Shown here piece by piece: positions 50,798 through 64,000 of a DNA stretch of 64,000 nt; position 1 is the first letter of the stretch; each line of letters opens with the position of its first letter. The position numbers were made by a program, and so were the translations under genes. The stretch is from Mobula hypostoma (taxonomy: Eukaryota). Location of the stretch: assembly GCF_963921235.1 (NCBI RefSeq), contig NC_086097.1:64358001-64422000 (forward strand), given 5' to 3'. The notes under the pieces are model-generated. The model was not told the DNA's origin, ran no database searches, and worked only from the letters and a program-made list of their open reading frames with translations.

Positions 50798-50927
50798 ACA
50801 CACATAAAAGTTGCTGGTGTACGCAGCAGGCCAGGCAGCATCTCTAGGAAGAGGTGCAGTCGACGTTTCAGGCCGAGACCCTTCGTCAGGACTAACTGAA
50901 GGAAGAGTGAGTAAGGGATTTTTTGCG
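50798..50927 (-). mobile_element. 130-bp PLE pLTR fragment with an intact hammerhead core (50857-50893)
   Basis: Nearly identical to 32625-32750. 15-bp TSD TGTATTCACTGAACA at 50783-50797 and 50928-50942. Confidence 0.88.
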
Positions 50928-51607
50928 TGTATTCACTGAACACAGATTTAACTGAAGCAGCCACAAATGGAAGAAACATCTCTAGATATAGCAATGTCCA
51001 ACTTCTGCCTCCTAAACAATCCTTCTGCTACCTGCAAGGCAGAAGTCAGGAGATCAATAGTATATGCTCCAGCTATTTGGATGACTGCAGCTAAAAAGGA
51101 GAGGTACTGATACAACATGATTGTTCTGTATGATTCAGATTGCAATCCTACATTTAGCTTTTCTGAAATCATATTTAACTTGAGATATACTATTAGAATA
51201 CAGAAAACGTAGCACACCAATTATTGACACAATGCCCTACAAGAAGCTAGATAATGTCAAGATGCATTTAACAAAAAAAAACGCCGGCCAAAAAACAAAC
51301 TTTGGCAGTCATGAAGGACAATGCTTTTCTTTGAACTGCTGCTGTGGGATTATACAGTATATCAAGCAAAGACAGCAGCTGGGTCCTCAGTTTAACATCT
51401 AACCAGAAGGACACCAGGAAAGTGGCCTAGATTTTGTAGAGAAATCCCTGTAATGTATCTTTTGCATTATACCATCCAATTCAAAAGGTGTCTTTGAGCA
51501 CAAGTGACAAATTGTGCAAACATAGTAATGAATTTTAAATCATACTCAAATATTCGACTATTAAATACTCAACTATTCTGTTAAAAACATGATATTGCAT
51601 TTATTGG

Positions 51608-51772
51608 CGCAAACAACAGGAATTCTGCAGATGCTGGAAATTCAAGCAACACACATCAAAGTTGCTGGTGAACAGTCCTAACGAAGGGTCTCGGCCTGAA
51701 ATGTCGACTGTACCTCTTCCTAGAGATGCTGCCTGGCCTGCTGTGTTCACCAGCAACTTTGATGTGTGTTGC
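51608..51772 (+). mobile_element. 165-bp fold-back PLE pLTR fragment with a mutated hammerhead
   Basis: 13-bp TSD TTGCATTTATTGG (51595-51607, 51773-51785). Internal inverted repeat of about 30 bp. Core reads CTAACGA...GAAATGTC. Confidence 0.85.
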
Positions 51773-51999
51773 TTGCATTTATTGGACTGGTTTTTATATT
51801 ATTCATTGTACTTGCTTCAATGCTTTCAAGAAAGATTTGGGTTATAGCTTTGATTTAAGGCTTAACTGAGTGCCATCTAATAGACCCATTCGCAGTTGCA
51901 CAATTCTTTATTAGGTTCAGCAATATTTACATTAACTTTCAGTTTTATCCCTCACTGTTACAGTTGAAAGTTCCCACCTTCTTCAAAACAGCAACATTT

Positions 52000-53660
52000 A
52001 TACCAGTGCCAAAGAAGAGTAGTGTGAGCTGCCTTAATGACTATTGTCTAGTAGCGCTCACATCTATGGTGATGAAATGCTTTGGTCATGGCTAGAACCA
52101 ACTCCTGCCTCAGCAAGGACCTGGACCCACTGCAATTTGCCTATTACCACATAGGTCTACAGCAGACGCCATCTCAATGGCTCTTCATGCAGCCTTAGAT
52201 CACCTGCACAACACCAACACCTATGTCAGGATGCTGTTCGACTATAGCTCAGCATTTAATTCCATCATTCCCACAATCCTGATTGAAATGTTACAGAACC
52301 TGGGCCTCTACACCTCCCTCTGCAATTGGATCCTCAATTTCCTAACCGGAAGACCACAATCTGTGCAGATTGGAAGTAACTTCTCCTCCGCGTTGACTAT
52401 CTACACTAATGCACCTCGGGGATGTGTGCTTATCCCACTGCTCTACTCTCTCTCTATAACCATGACTGTGTAGCTAGGCACAGCTCAAATGCATCTATAA
52501 ATTTGCTGATCATACAACCATTGTTCGCAGAATTTCAGATGGAGACGATAGGGAAATGCTACCGCAGCACTAAAGCCAAGACTCACAGGCTACGGGACAG
52601 CTTCTTTCTACAAGTCATTAGACTTTAAAATTCACATGTCTATACATTGCAATGGAGTAATAAATGGAGATTTTTACTCCCTCACGTTGTGGGATGGATG
52701 TAAGATATAAATAAATTCTAATTCAAGGGCGTACAGGAGCTAGATACATCAGCTACTTGAGTGGTGTCACAGCAACAACCTTGAACTCAACATTAGTAAG
52801 ACCAAAGAGATGATTGTGGACTTCAAGAAGGGTAAGACGAGGGAACACAAACCAATCCTCAGAGGGAACAGAAGTGGAAAGAGTGAGCAATTTTAAGTTC
52901 CTGGGTGTCAATATCTCTGAGGATCTAACTTAGTCCCAACTTACCGATGCAGCTATAAAGGCGGCAAGACAATGGCAATATTTCATTAGGATTTTGAACG
53001 GATTTGGTTTGTCACCTAAAAAACTTGAAAACTATTACAGGTGTACCATGGAGAGCATTCTGACTGGCTGCATCACCATCTGGTATGGGGAGGGGCTACT
53101 GCACTGCACAAGATCAAAATAATTTGCAGGAATTTGTAAAGTTAGCTTTATCATGGGTACCATCCTCTGTAGTATCCAATACAATTTCAGTGAGGTGTAT
53201 GGAGGGATATGGTCCGTGTGCAGGTCAGTGGGACTAGGCAGAAAATGGTTCAGCACAACCAAGAAGGGCCAAAGGGCCTGTTTCTGTGCTGTAGTTTCTA
53301 TGGTTCTATGGTATGGATCAGTGCCTCTGAAAGGTGGCGTCCATTATTAAGGATCCCCATCACCCAGGCCATGCCCTCTTCTCATCGTTACCACCAGGAA
53401 AGAGGTATAGAAGCCTGAAGGCACACACTCAGAGATTCAGGAATAACTTCTTCCCCTCTGCCATCCGATTTCTAAATGGACATAAAACCCATGAACACTA
53501 CCTCACTTTTAAAAAATGTTTGTTATTTTAAAATTTAATATACATATGTATACTTACAGTAATTCACTTTTCCCCCTATATTATCATGTATTGTACTCCT
53601 GCCACTAAGTTAACAAATTTCACGACAAATGCTGGTGATATTAAATCTGATTCTGATTCA
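52000..53660 (+). mobile_element. Decayed Rex1/Babar-like LINE with small inserts (LINE 3' ends at about 52550-52725 and 53190-53310)
   Basis: [48 protein letters not shown]. tctgattctgatt tail. Confidence 0.8.
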
Positions 53661-54431
53661 TCTCCCTTCTTTTAAGTACATCTCTAGACCCAGGACTAAA
53701 GAGATCACAAACCATTGACACGACTGTAAGTTAACAAAAGAAAAAACACACAAAAACAATAGTACACATCAGAAGCATCTCAAAGGATTCTTTCGAAAAG
53801 CGTCACATGCTTTGCAATCAAATTAGGAATTTTACAGTAAGTGGGATTTTATTACAGTGCAAAGTCATAATAAATAGCAAAACTAAACATTCAAAAAAAG
53901 GCACTCTTATCTATAATTGTTCAGGAAGACTACTTATTACATTTACTTTCTCATATATTTACCTCACCAAAAGAAAAATCACGTCATGGAGAACATTATT
54001 TCCTTTTTAGAGTTGATTAAGTCATTAAACTAATTAAACTGAACAGAGGAGCTAAATATGTTTACTTTTTCAAATAACTTTCAAAGCACACTGCTGCATT
54101 TCTTGAAATTTAGAGGTCTGTATACTCTAAATATACTAAAATACAAAATGATACCCATATATAGTCAAAATACTTGTTTTCCCATGCCGCATCTTAAATG
54201 TTTAGAGAAATAATATACAAAAAGGGAGAAAACGTTAACCATCTAATCATCGAGTATCTTTGGAAAGGTCTGGCCATCAAGAAACACATGCGATGTACAA
54301 CGAACTCCAGCTCTAGCGGTTAACGATTCAGGAAATATTGAAGACTCAGGATTAGCCATAGACCCAACAACAAATGAGCCTAAAGAAAACAAAAGCTGGA
54401 TTAACCCATAAATAAGGGCTGCCTGCCATTA

Positions 54432-55453
<1,022 letters not shown>

Positions 55454-55589
55454 ATGCCTGTTCATTCTCGAGATAAGAAGGAAAGCAATCACGAAGATAT
55501 GGACGTCGACTACCCGGAGAATGAAGGCAGTAGTTCCGATGATGAGGACTCGGAGAGCTCCTCTGTGTCAGAGGATGGGGACAGTTCAG
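55454..55589 (+). CDS. BRMS1L: Breast cancer metastasis-suppressor 1-like (Sin3/HDAC complex subunit), coding exon 1
   Basis: [45 protein letters not shown] matches the BRMS1L N-terminus. 136 nt, then donor CAG|gtgggt. Confidence 0.95.
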
Positions 55590-56069
55590 GTGGGTATAGG
55601 CCAGAAATCCTCGGACATGTGGAGCTGACTGGCCAGGTCCGGCCAAAAGAACCCTTTGTTTTTCAACACCTCAACCACTTTCGTTGCTGTTTATCCCACA
55701 ATATTTATCTGTGGTAGAAATCCAGTTTGTCGTTTGCGAAATGTGCTTCAGCTCCTCATTCTCCCCATACACCCTTATTCCTTCCTAGCCTAACCCCTTC
55801 AGCCAGTCCTTCCTTGAGTTCTGAACATCCCTACCTATTTCATACGCTGCTCAAGCCCCCAACTATAAAATGCTTTTCAGTTGTTTGGTGGGGGGGGGGG
55901 AGGTTTCAAGGAATGAGAAGAGGACAAGCAAAATTAATTGGCACGCTCTGACAAATGATGTATTGGGTTAAATAGGAATGTTTTTACATGAACAATAGCT
56001 AGTAACATTGGTAGTATGGAGTATAATTGTGCATAAAAAGATATAAGCAGCACTGGAAGCGTGCTGGTG

Positions 56070-56870
56070 TGCCATAGATCATCTGGTTGAGTGGGGTCAG
56101 AACAACAATCTTGCACTCAGTGTCAGTAAGACCAAGGAATTGATTGTGGACTTCAGGAAGGGGAAGTTGAGGGAACGTGCACCAATCCTCATCAAGGAAT
56201 CAGATGTAGAAAAAGTGAACAGCTTCAAGTTGCTGGATGTCAATATCTCGGAACATCTATCCTGAGCCCAACATATCGATGCAGTTACAAAGAAGATATG
56301 ACAGTCGCTCTATTTTATTAATAGTTTGAGGAGACTTGGTATGTCACCAAAGACACTTGCAAGTTTCTATAGATGTACCTTGGAGAGCATTCTAACTGGT
56401 TGCATCATCTGGTTTGGAGGGGCCACTGCATGGATCGGGAAAAGCTGCAGAAAGTTCTAAGCTCAGCCAGCTCCATCATAGGCACTAGACTCCCCAGCAT
56501 TGAGGACACCTTCAAAACGTGATACCTCAAAAAGGTGGCATCCATCATTAAGGACCCTCATCACCCAGGACATGCCCTCTTCTCATTGCTACCATCAAGG
56601 AGGAGGTGCAGGAACCTGAAGACGCACTCAGCATTTCAGAAATAGCTGCTTCTCCTCTGTCCTCTGCCCTCAGATTTCTGAATGGACAATGAGCCCATAA
56701 ACACTACCTCACTATTTTTCCTCTCTTTTAGTACTACATATTTATTTTATTTTTAATATACACACTGTAAATTATAGCTTATTATTATGTATTGCAGTAT
56801 ACTGCTGCCATGAAATGACAACAAATTTCAAACATATGCCAGTAATATTAAACCTGATTCTGTTTCTGAA
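56070..56870 (+). mobile_element. Rex1/Babar-like LINE 3' part
   Basis: Colinear with 52750-53660; cctgattctgtttctga tail. Confidence 0.75.
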
Positions 56871-57084
56871 TCAGTGGTGAAGAATCATACACTACTCTAA
56901 ATATCCTGTTACATAAAGGTGTATTTTTTCAAACGTTTTTAAGAGTGAGTAAACAATTGAGCCTGCAGACTCGGAGTTGGTGGGGGAACATGAAAGTGTA
57001 ATGTTCAGAAATTAATTATGTTTGCTTTCTGAGGATTGGTTCCCAGTCTAAAGGGCAAGAAAGAAAAGCGGATGTTTCCCATGG

Positions 57085-58300
57085 AGACACAAGATACTGT
57101 ATGTGCTAGAAATCTGGAGCAACACGAAGGAGTTGGAGGGACTCAGTGGGTCAAGCAGCACCCACTGGAGGGAAATGTACAGCCGACATTTTGGGTCGTG
57201 ACCTTTCATCAGACCTGGAAAGAGAGGAGAGGAAATGGTGGTGGGAGGGGTGAGGATGTTGAGCAAGAGCTGGTGGGTTATAGGTGATAGGTATGGAGGG
57301 GGTGAGAGACAGAGGAAAATGTAAGAAGTTGGGAGGTGATAGGTGGAAGTGACATAGGAGTGAAGAAGATGGAATCTGGTAGGAGGGAACAGTGGACTGT
57401 AGGTTACAGGGAAGGAGATAGGGAGGGGAGCCAGTGGGAGGAATGTGCACATGAATGGCAATGGAAGAGGGTGAAATCAGGACCAATGAGATGAGCAGAA
57501 AATGAGATGGGGGGGAGGGACAGGGAGGTGTGATCGCTGGAAGTTAGATAATTTGATGTCTATGTTGTCAGGTGGAATATGAGGTGGAGTTCCTTTAATA
57601 TGCATTGAGCTATAACTTAGCAGTGGAGAAGGTCATGAACAAACGTGTTTGAGAGGGAATAGAAGGTGGAATTAAAATGGCTGGACTGTGGTAGATCTGG
57701 CTGGTACAGTACACGGAGTGAAGCTGCTCGACAAAGCAGTATCCCCCCAGTCTGCATCAGATCTCACCAATATAGAGGAGGCTGCACTAGATGAAATAAA
57801 TGAGACTGATATATTCCAGTGTGAAGGAGTACCCCACTTGGAGAATTGTTTAGGGCCCTGATTTGTGGTGAGGGAGCAGGTGTACGGGTATGCGTAACGG
57901 TTGGCATGGTTGCAGGGATAAGTGCCTGGAAGGAGTTTCAGTGAGGAGGGACAAGTGGAAAAGGAGTCACAGAGAGTGTGGTCCCTGTGGAAAGTGATGA
58001 GGGGAAGATGTACTTGGTGGTGGGGTCCTGTTGACATAGTGGAAGTTATGGAGAATGATATGTTGGATGCAAGGACTAGTGAGGTGGTAGGTGAGAATTA
58101 GGGAACTCTATGGTTATGTCTACGGTGGAAGTGCAGTAGGGTGAGGACAGATGTATGGGAAATGGAACAGATGCAGGTGACTGTTTCATCAATAGTAGTG
58201 GGGGAGAAACCCTGTTTTCTGAAAAGGGTGAATATCTTGGATGTACTGGAGTGGAAGGCCTCATCATGAGAACGGATATAGTGAAGATAGAGGAACTGAG
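57085..58300 (-). mobile_element. Older decayed PLE
   Basis: PGTYPCNHANRYAYPYTCSLTTNQGPKQF parallels the intact PLE. Degenerate hammerhead at about 57183-57215. Confidence 0.75.
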
Positions 58301-58367
58301 AATATTAGATATTTATCATAAGATGGAATGGATACAGAAAGAGACTTTTTAAATTCCTTTACAGGGT

Positions 58368-58965
58368 ATTAGATTAGATTATGATGACACGTAGTCCTCT
58401 TTTATTATCATTTAATAATGCGTGCATTAAGAAATGATACAATATTTCCTCCGGTGTGATATCACAAAACACAGGACAGACCAAGACTGAAAAAAACTAA
58501 CAAAACCACATAATTATAACATATAGTTACAACAGTGCAATAATACCATAACTTGATGAAGAAGTCCATAAGCACAGTAAAAAGTTCAAGGTCTCTCAAA
58601 TGTCCCACATCTCAAGCAGACGGGAGAAGGAAGAAAAACTCTCCCTGCCGTACCCGACCACGGTCCGACTCTGAGTCATCCGAAGACTTCGAGCTCTGAT
58701 CAGCTCTCCGACACCGAGTACTGAGCGCCATCTCTATCCGAACGATTCGACCTCCATCTCGGATGCCAACAGCAGGCAAAGCCGGGGATTTTGAGGCCTT
58801 CCCTCCGAAAAATTCCAGATCACACAGTAACAACAGCAGCAAACTGGCATTTCAGAACTTTTTCCAGATGTTCCTCTGTGCTTTCATGTCCATCTCCATC
58901 AAATCAGAATTGTCTACGGCCCCTATTTAACAGATACAATATCATTTTTTCACCAGAGGCTGTGC
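58368..58965 (-). mobile_element. Non-LTR element 3' region with (AATCT)n tail
   Basis: ttagattagattatga tail with tttatt (minus-strand AATAAA) nearby; family not determined. Confidence 0.45.
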
Positions 58966-59042
58966 GCTCTCTCTCCTCCCGCTGTTTATTAAAAATGGCA
59001 ACAAATCTTGTTTTGCTAGACTTTTGGGCAAATCCTTAACGA

Positions 59043-61353
59043 ATAACGAACCGGGTCAGGTCACAGATCTCTCAGTGGGTGAGCATCTGGGGGACAGTGA
59101 CCAGCACTCCCTGGCCTTTAGCACTATCATGGAAAAGGATAGAATCAGAGAGGACAGGAAAATTTTTAATTGGGGAAGGGCAAATTATGAGGCTATAAGG
59201 CTAGAACTTGGGGGTGTGAATTGGGTTGATGTTTTTACAGGGAAATGTACTGTGGACATGTGGTCGATGTTTAGGGATCTCTTGCAGGATGTTAGGGATA
59301 AATTTGTCCCAGTGAGGAAGATAAAGAATGGTAAGGTGAAGGAACCATGGGTGACAAGTGAGGTGGAAAATCTAGTTGGGTGGAAGAAGGCAGCATACAT
59401 GAGGTTTAGGAAGCAAGGATCAGATGGGTCTATTGAGGAATATAGGGAAGCAAGAAAAGAGCTTAAGAAGGGGCTGAGGAGAGCAAGAAGGGCGCATGAG
59501 AAGGTCTTGGCCAGTAGGGTAAAGGAAAACCCCAAGGCATTTTTCAATTATGTGAAGAACAAAAGGATGACAGGTGTAAAGGTAGGACCAATTAGAAATA
59601 AAGGTGGGAAGATGTGCCTGGAGGCTGTGGAAGTGAGCGAGGTTCTCAATGAATACTTCTCTTCGGTATTCACCAATGAGCGGGAACTTGATGACAGTGA
59701 AGACAATATGAGTGAGGTTGATGTTCTGGAGCATGTTGATATTAAGGGAGAGGAGGCGTTGGAGTTGTTAAAATACATTAGGACGGATAAGTCCCAGGGC
59801 CTGACGGACTATTCCCCAGGCTGCTCCACAAGGTGAGAGAAGAGATTGCTGAGCCTCTGGCTAGGACCTTTATGTCCTCGTTGTCCACGGGAATGGTATC
59901 GGAGGATTGGAGGGAGGCGAATGTTGTCCCCTTGTTCAAAAAAGGTAGTAGGGTTAGTCCGGGTAATTATAGACCAATGAGCCTTACGTCTGTGGTGGGA
60001 AAGCTGTTGGAAAAGATTCTTAGAGATAGGATCTCTGGGCATTTAGAGAATCATGGTCTGATCAGGGACAGTCAGCATGGCTTTGTGAAGGGCAGATCGT
60101 GTCTAGTAAGCCTGATAGAGTTCTTTGAGGAGGTGACCAGGAATATAGATGAGGGTAGTGTAGTGGATGTGACCTACGTGGATTTTAGTAAGGCATTTGA
60201 CAAGGTTCCACACTGTAGGCTTAGTCAGAAAGTCAGAAGGCATGGGATCCAGGGAAGTTTGGCCAGGTGGATTCAGAATTGGCTTGCCTGCAGAAGGCAG
60301 AGGGTCGTGATGGAAAGAGTACATTCGGACTGGAAGGTTGTGACTAGTGGTGTCCCACAAGGATCGGTTCTGGGACCTCTATTTTTCGTGATTTTTATTA
60401 ATGACCTGGATGTTGGGGTAGAAGGGTGGGTTGGCAAGTTTGCGACGACACAAAGGTTGGTGGTGTTGTAGATAGTGTAGAGGATTGTTGAAGATTGCAG
60501 AGAGACATTGATAAGATGCAGAAGTGAGCTGGTAAGTGGCAGATGGAGTTCAACCTGGAGAAGTGTGAGGTGGTACACTTTGGAAGGATAAACTCCAAAG
60601 CAGAGTACAAAGTAAATGGCAGGATACTTGGTAGTGTGGAGGAGCAGAGGGATCTGGGGGTACATGTCTACAGATCCCTGAAAGTTGCCTCACAGGTAGA
60701 TAGGGCAGTTAAGAATGTTTTCATAAGTTGAGGGATAGAGTTTAAGAGTCGTGAGGTAATAATGCAGCTCGAGAAAACTCTGGTTAGGCCACCCTTGGAG
60801 TACTGTGTCCAGTTCTGGTCGCCTCACTATAGGAAGGATGTGGAAGCATTGGAAAGGGTACAGAGGAGATTTACCAGGATGCTGCCTGGTTTAGAGAGTA
60901 TGCATTATGATCAGCGATTAAGGGAGCTAGGGCTTTACTCTTCGGAGAGAAGGAGGATGAGAGGAGATATGATAGAGGTGTACAAGATAGAGATGATAGA
61001 CAAAGAGACAAGATATTAAGAGGACTAGATAGAGTGGACAGCCAGCGCCTCTTCCCCAGGGCACCACTGCTCAATACAAGAGGACATGGCTTTAAGGTAA
61101 GGAGTGGGAAGTTCAAGGGGGATATTAGAGGAAAGTTTTTTACTCAGAGAGTGGTTGGTGCGTGGAATGCACTGCCTGAGTCGGTGGTGGAGACAGATAC
61201 ACTAGTGAAATTTAAGAGACTACTAGACAGGTATTTGGAGGAATTTAAGGAATTTAAGGTTGGGAGTTATATGGGAGGCAGGGTTTGAGGGTCAGCATAA
61301 CATTGTGGGCCAAAGGGCCTGTTTTGTACTGTACTATTCTATGTTCTATGTTC
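59043..61353 (+). mobile_element. 5'-truncated, relatively young CR1 LINE (ORF2 with a few frameshifts and stops)
   Basis: LGDSDQH, KENPKAFFNYV, WREANVVPLFKKG, NYRPMSLTS, SQHGFVKGRSC, DFSKAFDKVPH, SGVPQGSVLGP, KFA. ttctatgttctatg tail. Confidence 0.92.
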
Positions 61354-61734
61354 CTTGAATACAGGAATTGTACTTGTGACTTAGGAATGCGGTTCACGTA
61401 ATCTAGCAAAAAGAATAGCCCAAGAAATTATAGTTTTGCAGATAACGTAATAGTCTTTTGAGTGAGGGTCATCAATAAAATGTGGTGAGTTTATGTGGAA
61501 TGTTTTGACTCACTTAACAAATTATTGAGAAGTTTGCATAATTCACTTGATACACATTCAGTAAATCTGCTTGGATTTTAATACTAGGATATGTAGATCA
61601 TTGTAAGACATGATAAAGCAGAAAGAGAAGTGGAAATGAACCTTTTAAAATGAGTAGTTACCTTGTTCTGTCAAAGGATGCAGTGTACATCAATGTAAAA
61701 AGAGGTTCCTATTTGCATAGCAAAGGAATTGGAC

Positions 61735-61935
61735 CTAGGAAACCTCTTCACTCAGAGGGTTGTGAGAGCATGGAATGAGCTGCCAGTACTAGCGGTCCAC
61801 GTGAGCTCAATTTCAACGTTTCTGAGAAGATACGTGGATAGCAGGGATATAGAAGGTCCAGTGCTGGTCTTTGGGAGTAGGCATAGACTAGATGGGCCAA
61901 AGGGCCTGTTACTGTCCTGTACTTCTCTATGACTC
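61735..61935 (+). mobile_element. CR1 3' fragment
   Basis: GNLFTQRVVRAWNELP peptide and gggccaaagggcctgt tail. Confidence 0.7.
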
Positions 61936-62296
61936 TTGTATAGTTGCTATTTTTATGTAAATTAATGTTTTTGGAGAAAGTAACCGGTTTTCCTGGGTCG
62001 AACAATTGTATCAAATTGGATTCAGAATAAGTAGTAAGCCTGTTTAAAAATGATGGGACAGGTTGGAAGATTACATCAATGTACGGTATGTGATTTGATG
62101 CTTGTGATAAGAGAATGTAAAATTGTGAAGTTGCTAATGGAAGTATATTGTAAAGGTGTGAACACTTCATTGTAAGCTACATGTAGGAGAAGTATTTGTC
62201 TTTGACAGGAAATGTCATTGCCTACCAGATGTTCATTGGATTAAAAGACAAACAGAACCTCATTCTGATAGTGCAAGCAATAGAGCTTGACTTTAA

Positions 62297-62473
62297 GAAG
62301 AGGCGCAGTCGACGTTTCAGGCCGAGACCCTTCGTCAGGACTCCTGACGAAGGGTCTCGGCCTGAAACGTCGACTGCGCCTCTTCCTATAGATGCTGCTT
62401 GGCCTGCTGCGTTCACCAGCAACTTTGATGTATGTTGCTTGAATTTCCAGCATCTGCAGAATTCCTGTTGTTT
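62297..62473 (+). mobile_element. 177-bp PLE pLTR fragment with two back-to-back inverted hammerhead cores
   Basis: 14-bp TSD GAGCTTGACTTTAA (62283-62296, 62474-62487). Perfect 44-bp inverted repeat 62297-62340 / 62342-62385. Confidence 0.9.
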
Positions 62474-62979
62474 GAGCTTGACTTTAAATTCACTTTGTGT
62501 AATAACTGTTTCCATGTTCCAAAGCTAGAAACAGTTTTGAAGTTAAATAGATCAATAGAACAATGTGTTGTTTTTGACATGGATTGGAAAAGAGTGAAGA
62601 ATGATCATTATCTGAAAACTGTTTTAAATCCTTTTTATTTGTTTTAAATCTATTATTTTTATATAAAAAACACGGTTAAGCTACAGCAAGCATAATAACA
62701 TCAACAAATCTACAACAAAAACAGTTGATATCAGTATTTTTAACTTTCAAAGAGTAATTGTCATTTTTATGCCAGTTATGGGATCATCGTACTTTAGTGC
62801 TGGAAGCAGGTTTTGTTTATTTATTTCATGTTGAAACTTAAATGTGAACATATAAATGAGACAGTCATCTTTAAGCTCATTTGAATTCTTGTCCTTTCGG
62901 TGAGAGCCTGGTATCTGACTACTGCACTAGCCATTCTCCTCATTTCTGCTTCAAAGATTTTAATATTAATGTCTTACAG

Positions 62980-63070
62980 AAATGGACGATGAAGATTGTG
63001 AGAGGAGAAGGACAGAGTGCTTAGATGAAATGTCCAATTTGGAGAAACAGTTTACAGATCTAAAAGAACA
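62980..63070 (+). CDS. BRMS1L: BRMS1L coding exon 2
   Basis: Acceptor ttacag, 91 nt, donor gtaagt. Reads (E)[29 protein letters not shown](Q), in phase with exon 1. Confidence 0.95.
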
Positions 63071-64000
63071 GTAAGTAGATGTAAAATTTTCAGTGTGTTT
63101 ACCGTTTCTGAACATGGCTACAGCCAAATTTTCCCAAATTATTCAGTATTATTTCTGTCAAGTATTTAGGACTATTTAGTTCTAAGTCTACTCTTGACGT
63201 AGGTCTTACGTTCCCAATGTTCAGAAACTAAACTGGAGGAGTCAGGAAAATCCCTCAACTATTGTTACTTACTCATCATTTGGGAATGGCGCTTAAAAAC
63301 TCTGTGTTATACCCCACTTGTTGATAGTTAATGGTTCCTAAAACAAACCTCTTTTACCATCAGTTAATGCAACCTGCTATTTTATAAATTTGCTTCTTCA
63401 AGCATGATACAAAAACAGAAAATAAATCAATAAGATGGCACATCCTTAGTTAAAGAGTCAGATTCACTGCTTCAGTTTAAAGAATGGAATTGTCAAGTTG
63501 AATTGCCAGAAAATGCTCACCTGTTCTAGAAGACAATATTTCTATATTCATCTTTGAAAATCCAAATGTTATTTGTAGAGTTGAATTCAGCTGCCCCTTC
63601 ATTGTTTGTAAAGGTTTTCATGATTTTGAAAGTTCCAGTGTCAGGTTTCTATTAAGTTCTGTGTCTCACCAAGACCTAAAATTTTATATGAGGTCTTGCT
63701 ACGGACATTTTCAAAGTGAGGTGCCATGATGTTCAATTTGTATCTTGCTTAAACATGTGTGGTGAGTAATTTCTGAATTATACAGTCTGGATTGTATTTC
63801 AGCAAACCTGCACATTTGCCACTCTGGTTAGAGATGGCTCCCCTGAAGTTTCTTGGCACTTACATAAGTATGTCATCGTTCTACCTCTGATAGGATAAAC
63901 AAGCAGGAAAGCTATCACCCATATCTATATATCTAATAATTTTATATGTCTCAATAAAATCCCCTGTCAACCTCCTTTGCTCCAGGGAAAACAGACCCAG

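Noticed and set aside
55454..55717. 87-aa ORF as a full protein
   Set aside because: It reads through the BRMS1L exon 1 donor at 55590; the true continuation is at 62980.

Overview
Eukaryotic (vertebrate) genomic DNA, most likely a cartilaginous fish (inferred from the CR1, Penelope and V-SINE-like repeat complement; not proven). The window holds the 5' parts of two divergently transcribed genes. RALGAPA1 is on the minus strand, with coding exons 1-3 at 54644-54539, 42799-42689 and 25734-25685; I could not find exon 4, so it is probably left of the window. BRMS1L is on the plus strand, with coding exons 1-2 at 55454-55589 and 62980-63070. Their start codons are only about 810 bp apart, across a CpG-rich bidirectional promoter. 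Almost everything else is intron filled with transposable elements: Rex1/Babar-like, CR1, L1, RTE and Hero-like LINEs, Penelope-like elements (PLEs), hAT and Tigger DNA transposons, a solo LTR and SINEs, often nested several deep. The most notable signals are: (1) a young PLE family with one uninterrupted 765-codon RT+GIY-YIG frame; (2) several very small TSD-flanked derivatives of it carrying minimal hammerhead-ribozyme cores, some sense to the host pre-mRNA and one forming a perfect 44-bp palindrome; (3) a hAT element with an apparent 6-bp TSD; (4) a CR1>L1>(solo LTR + Tigger) nest. Family assignments come from recognising motifs by eye, with no database search. Boundaries of decayed repeats are approximate. 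Most short ORFs in the track are repeat-derived or spurious.
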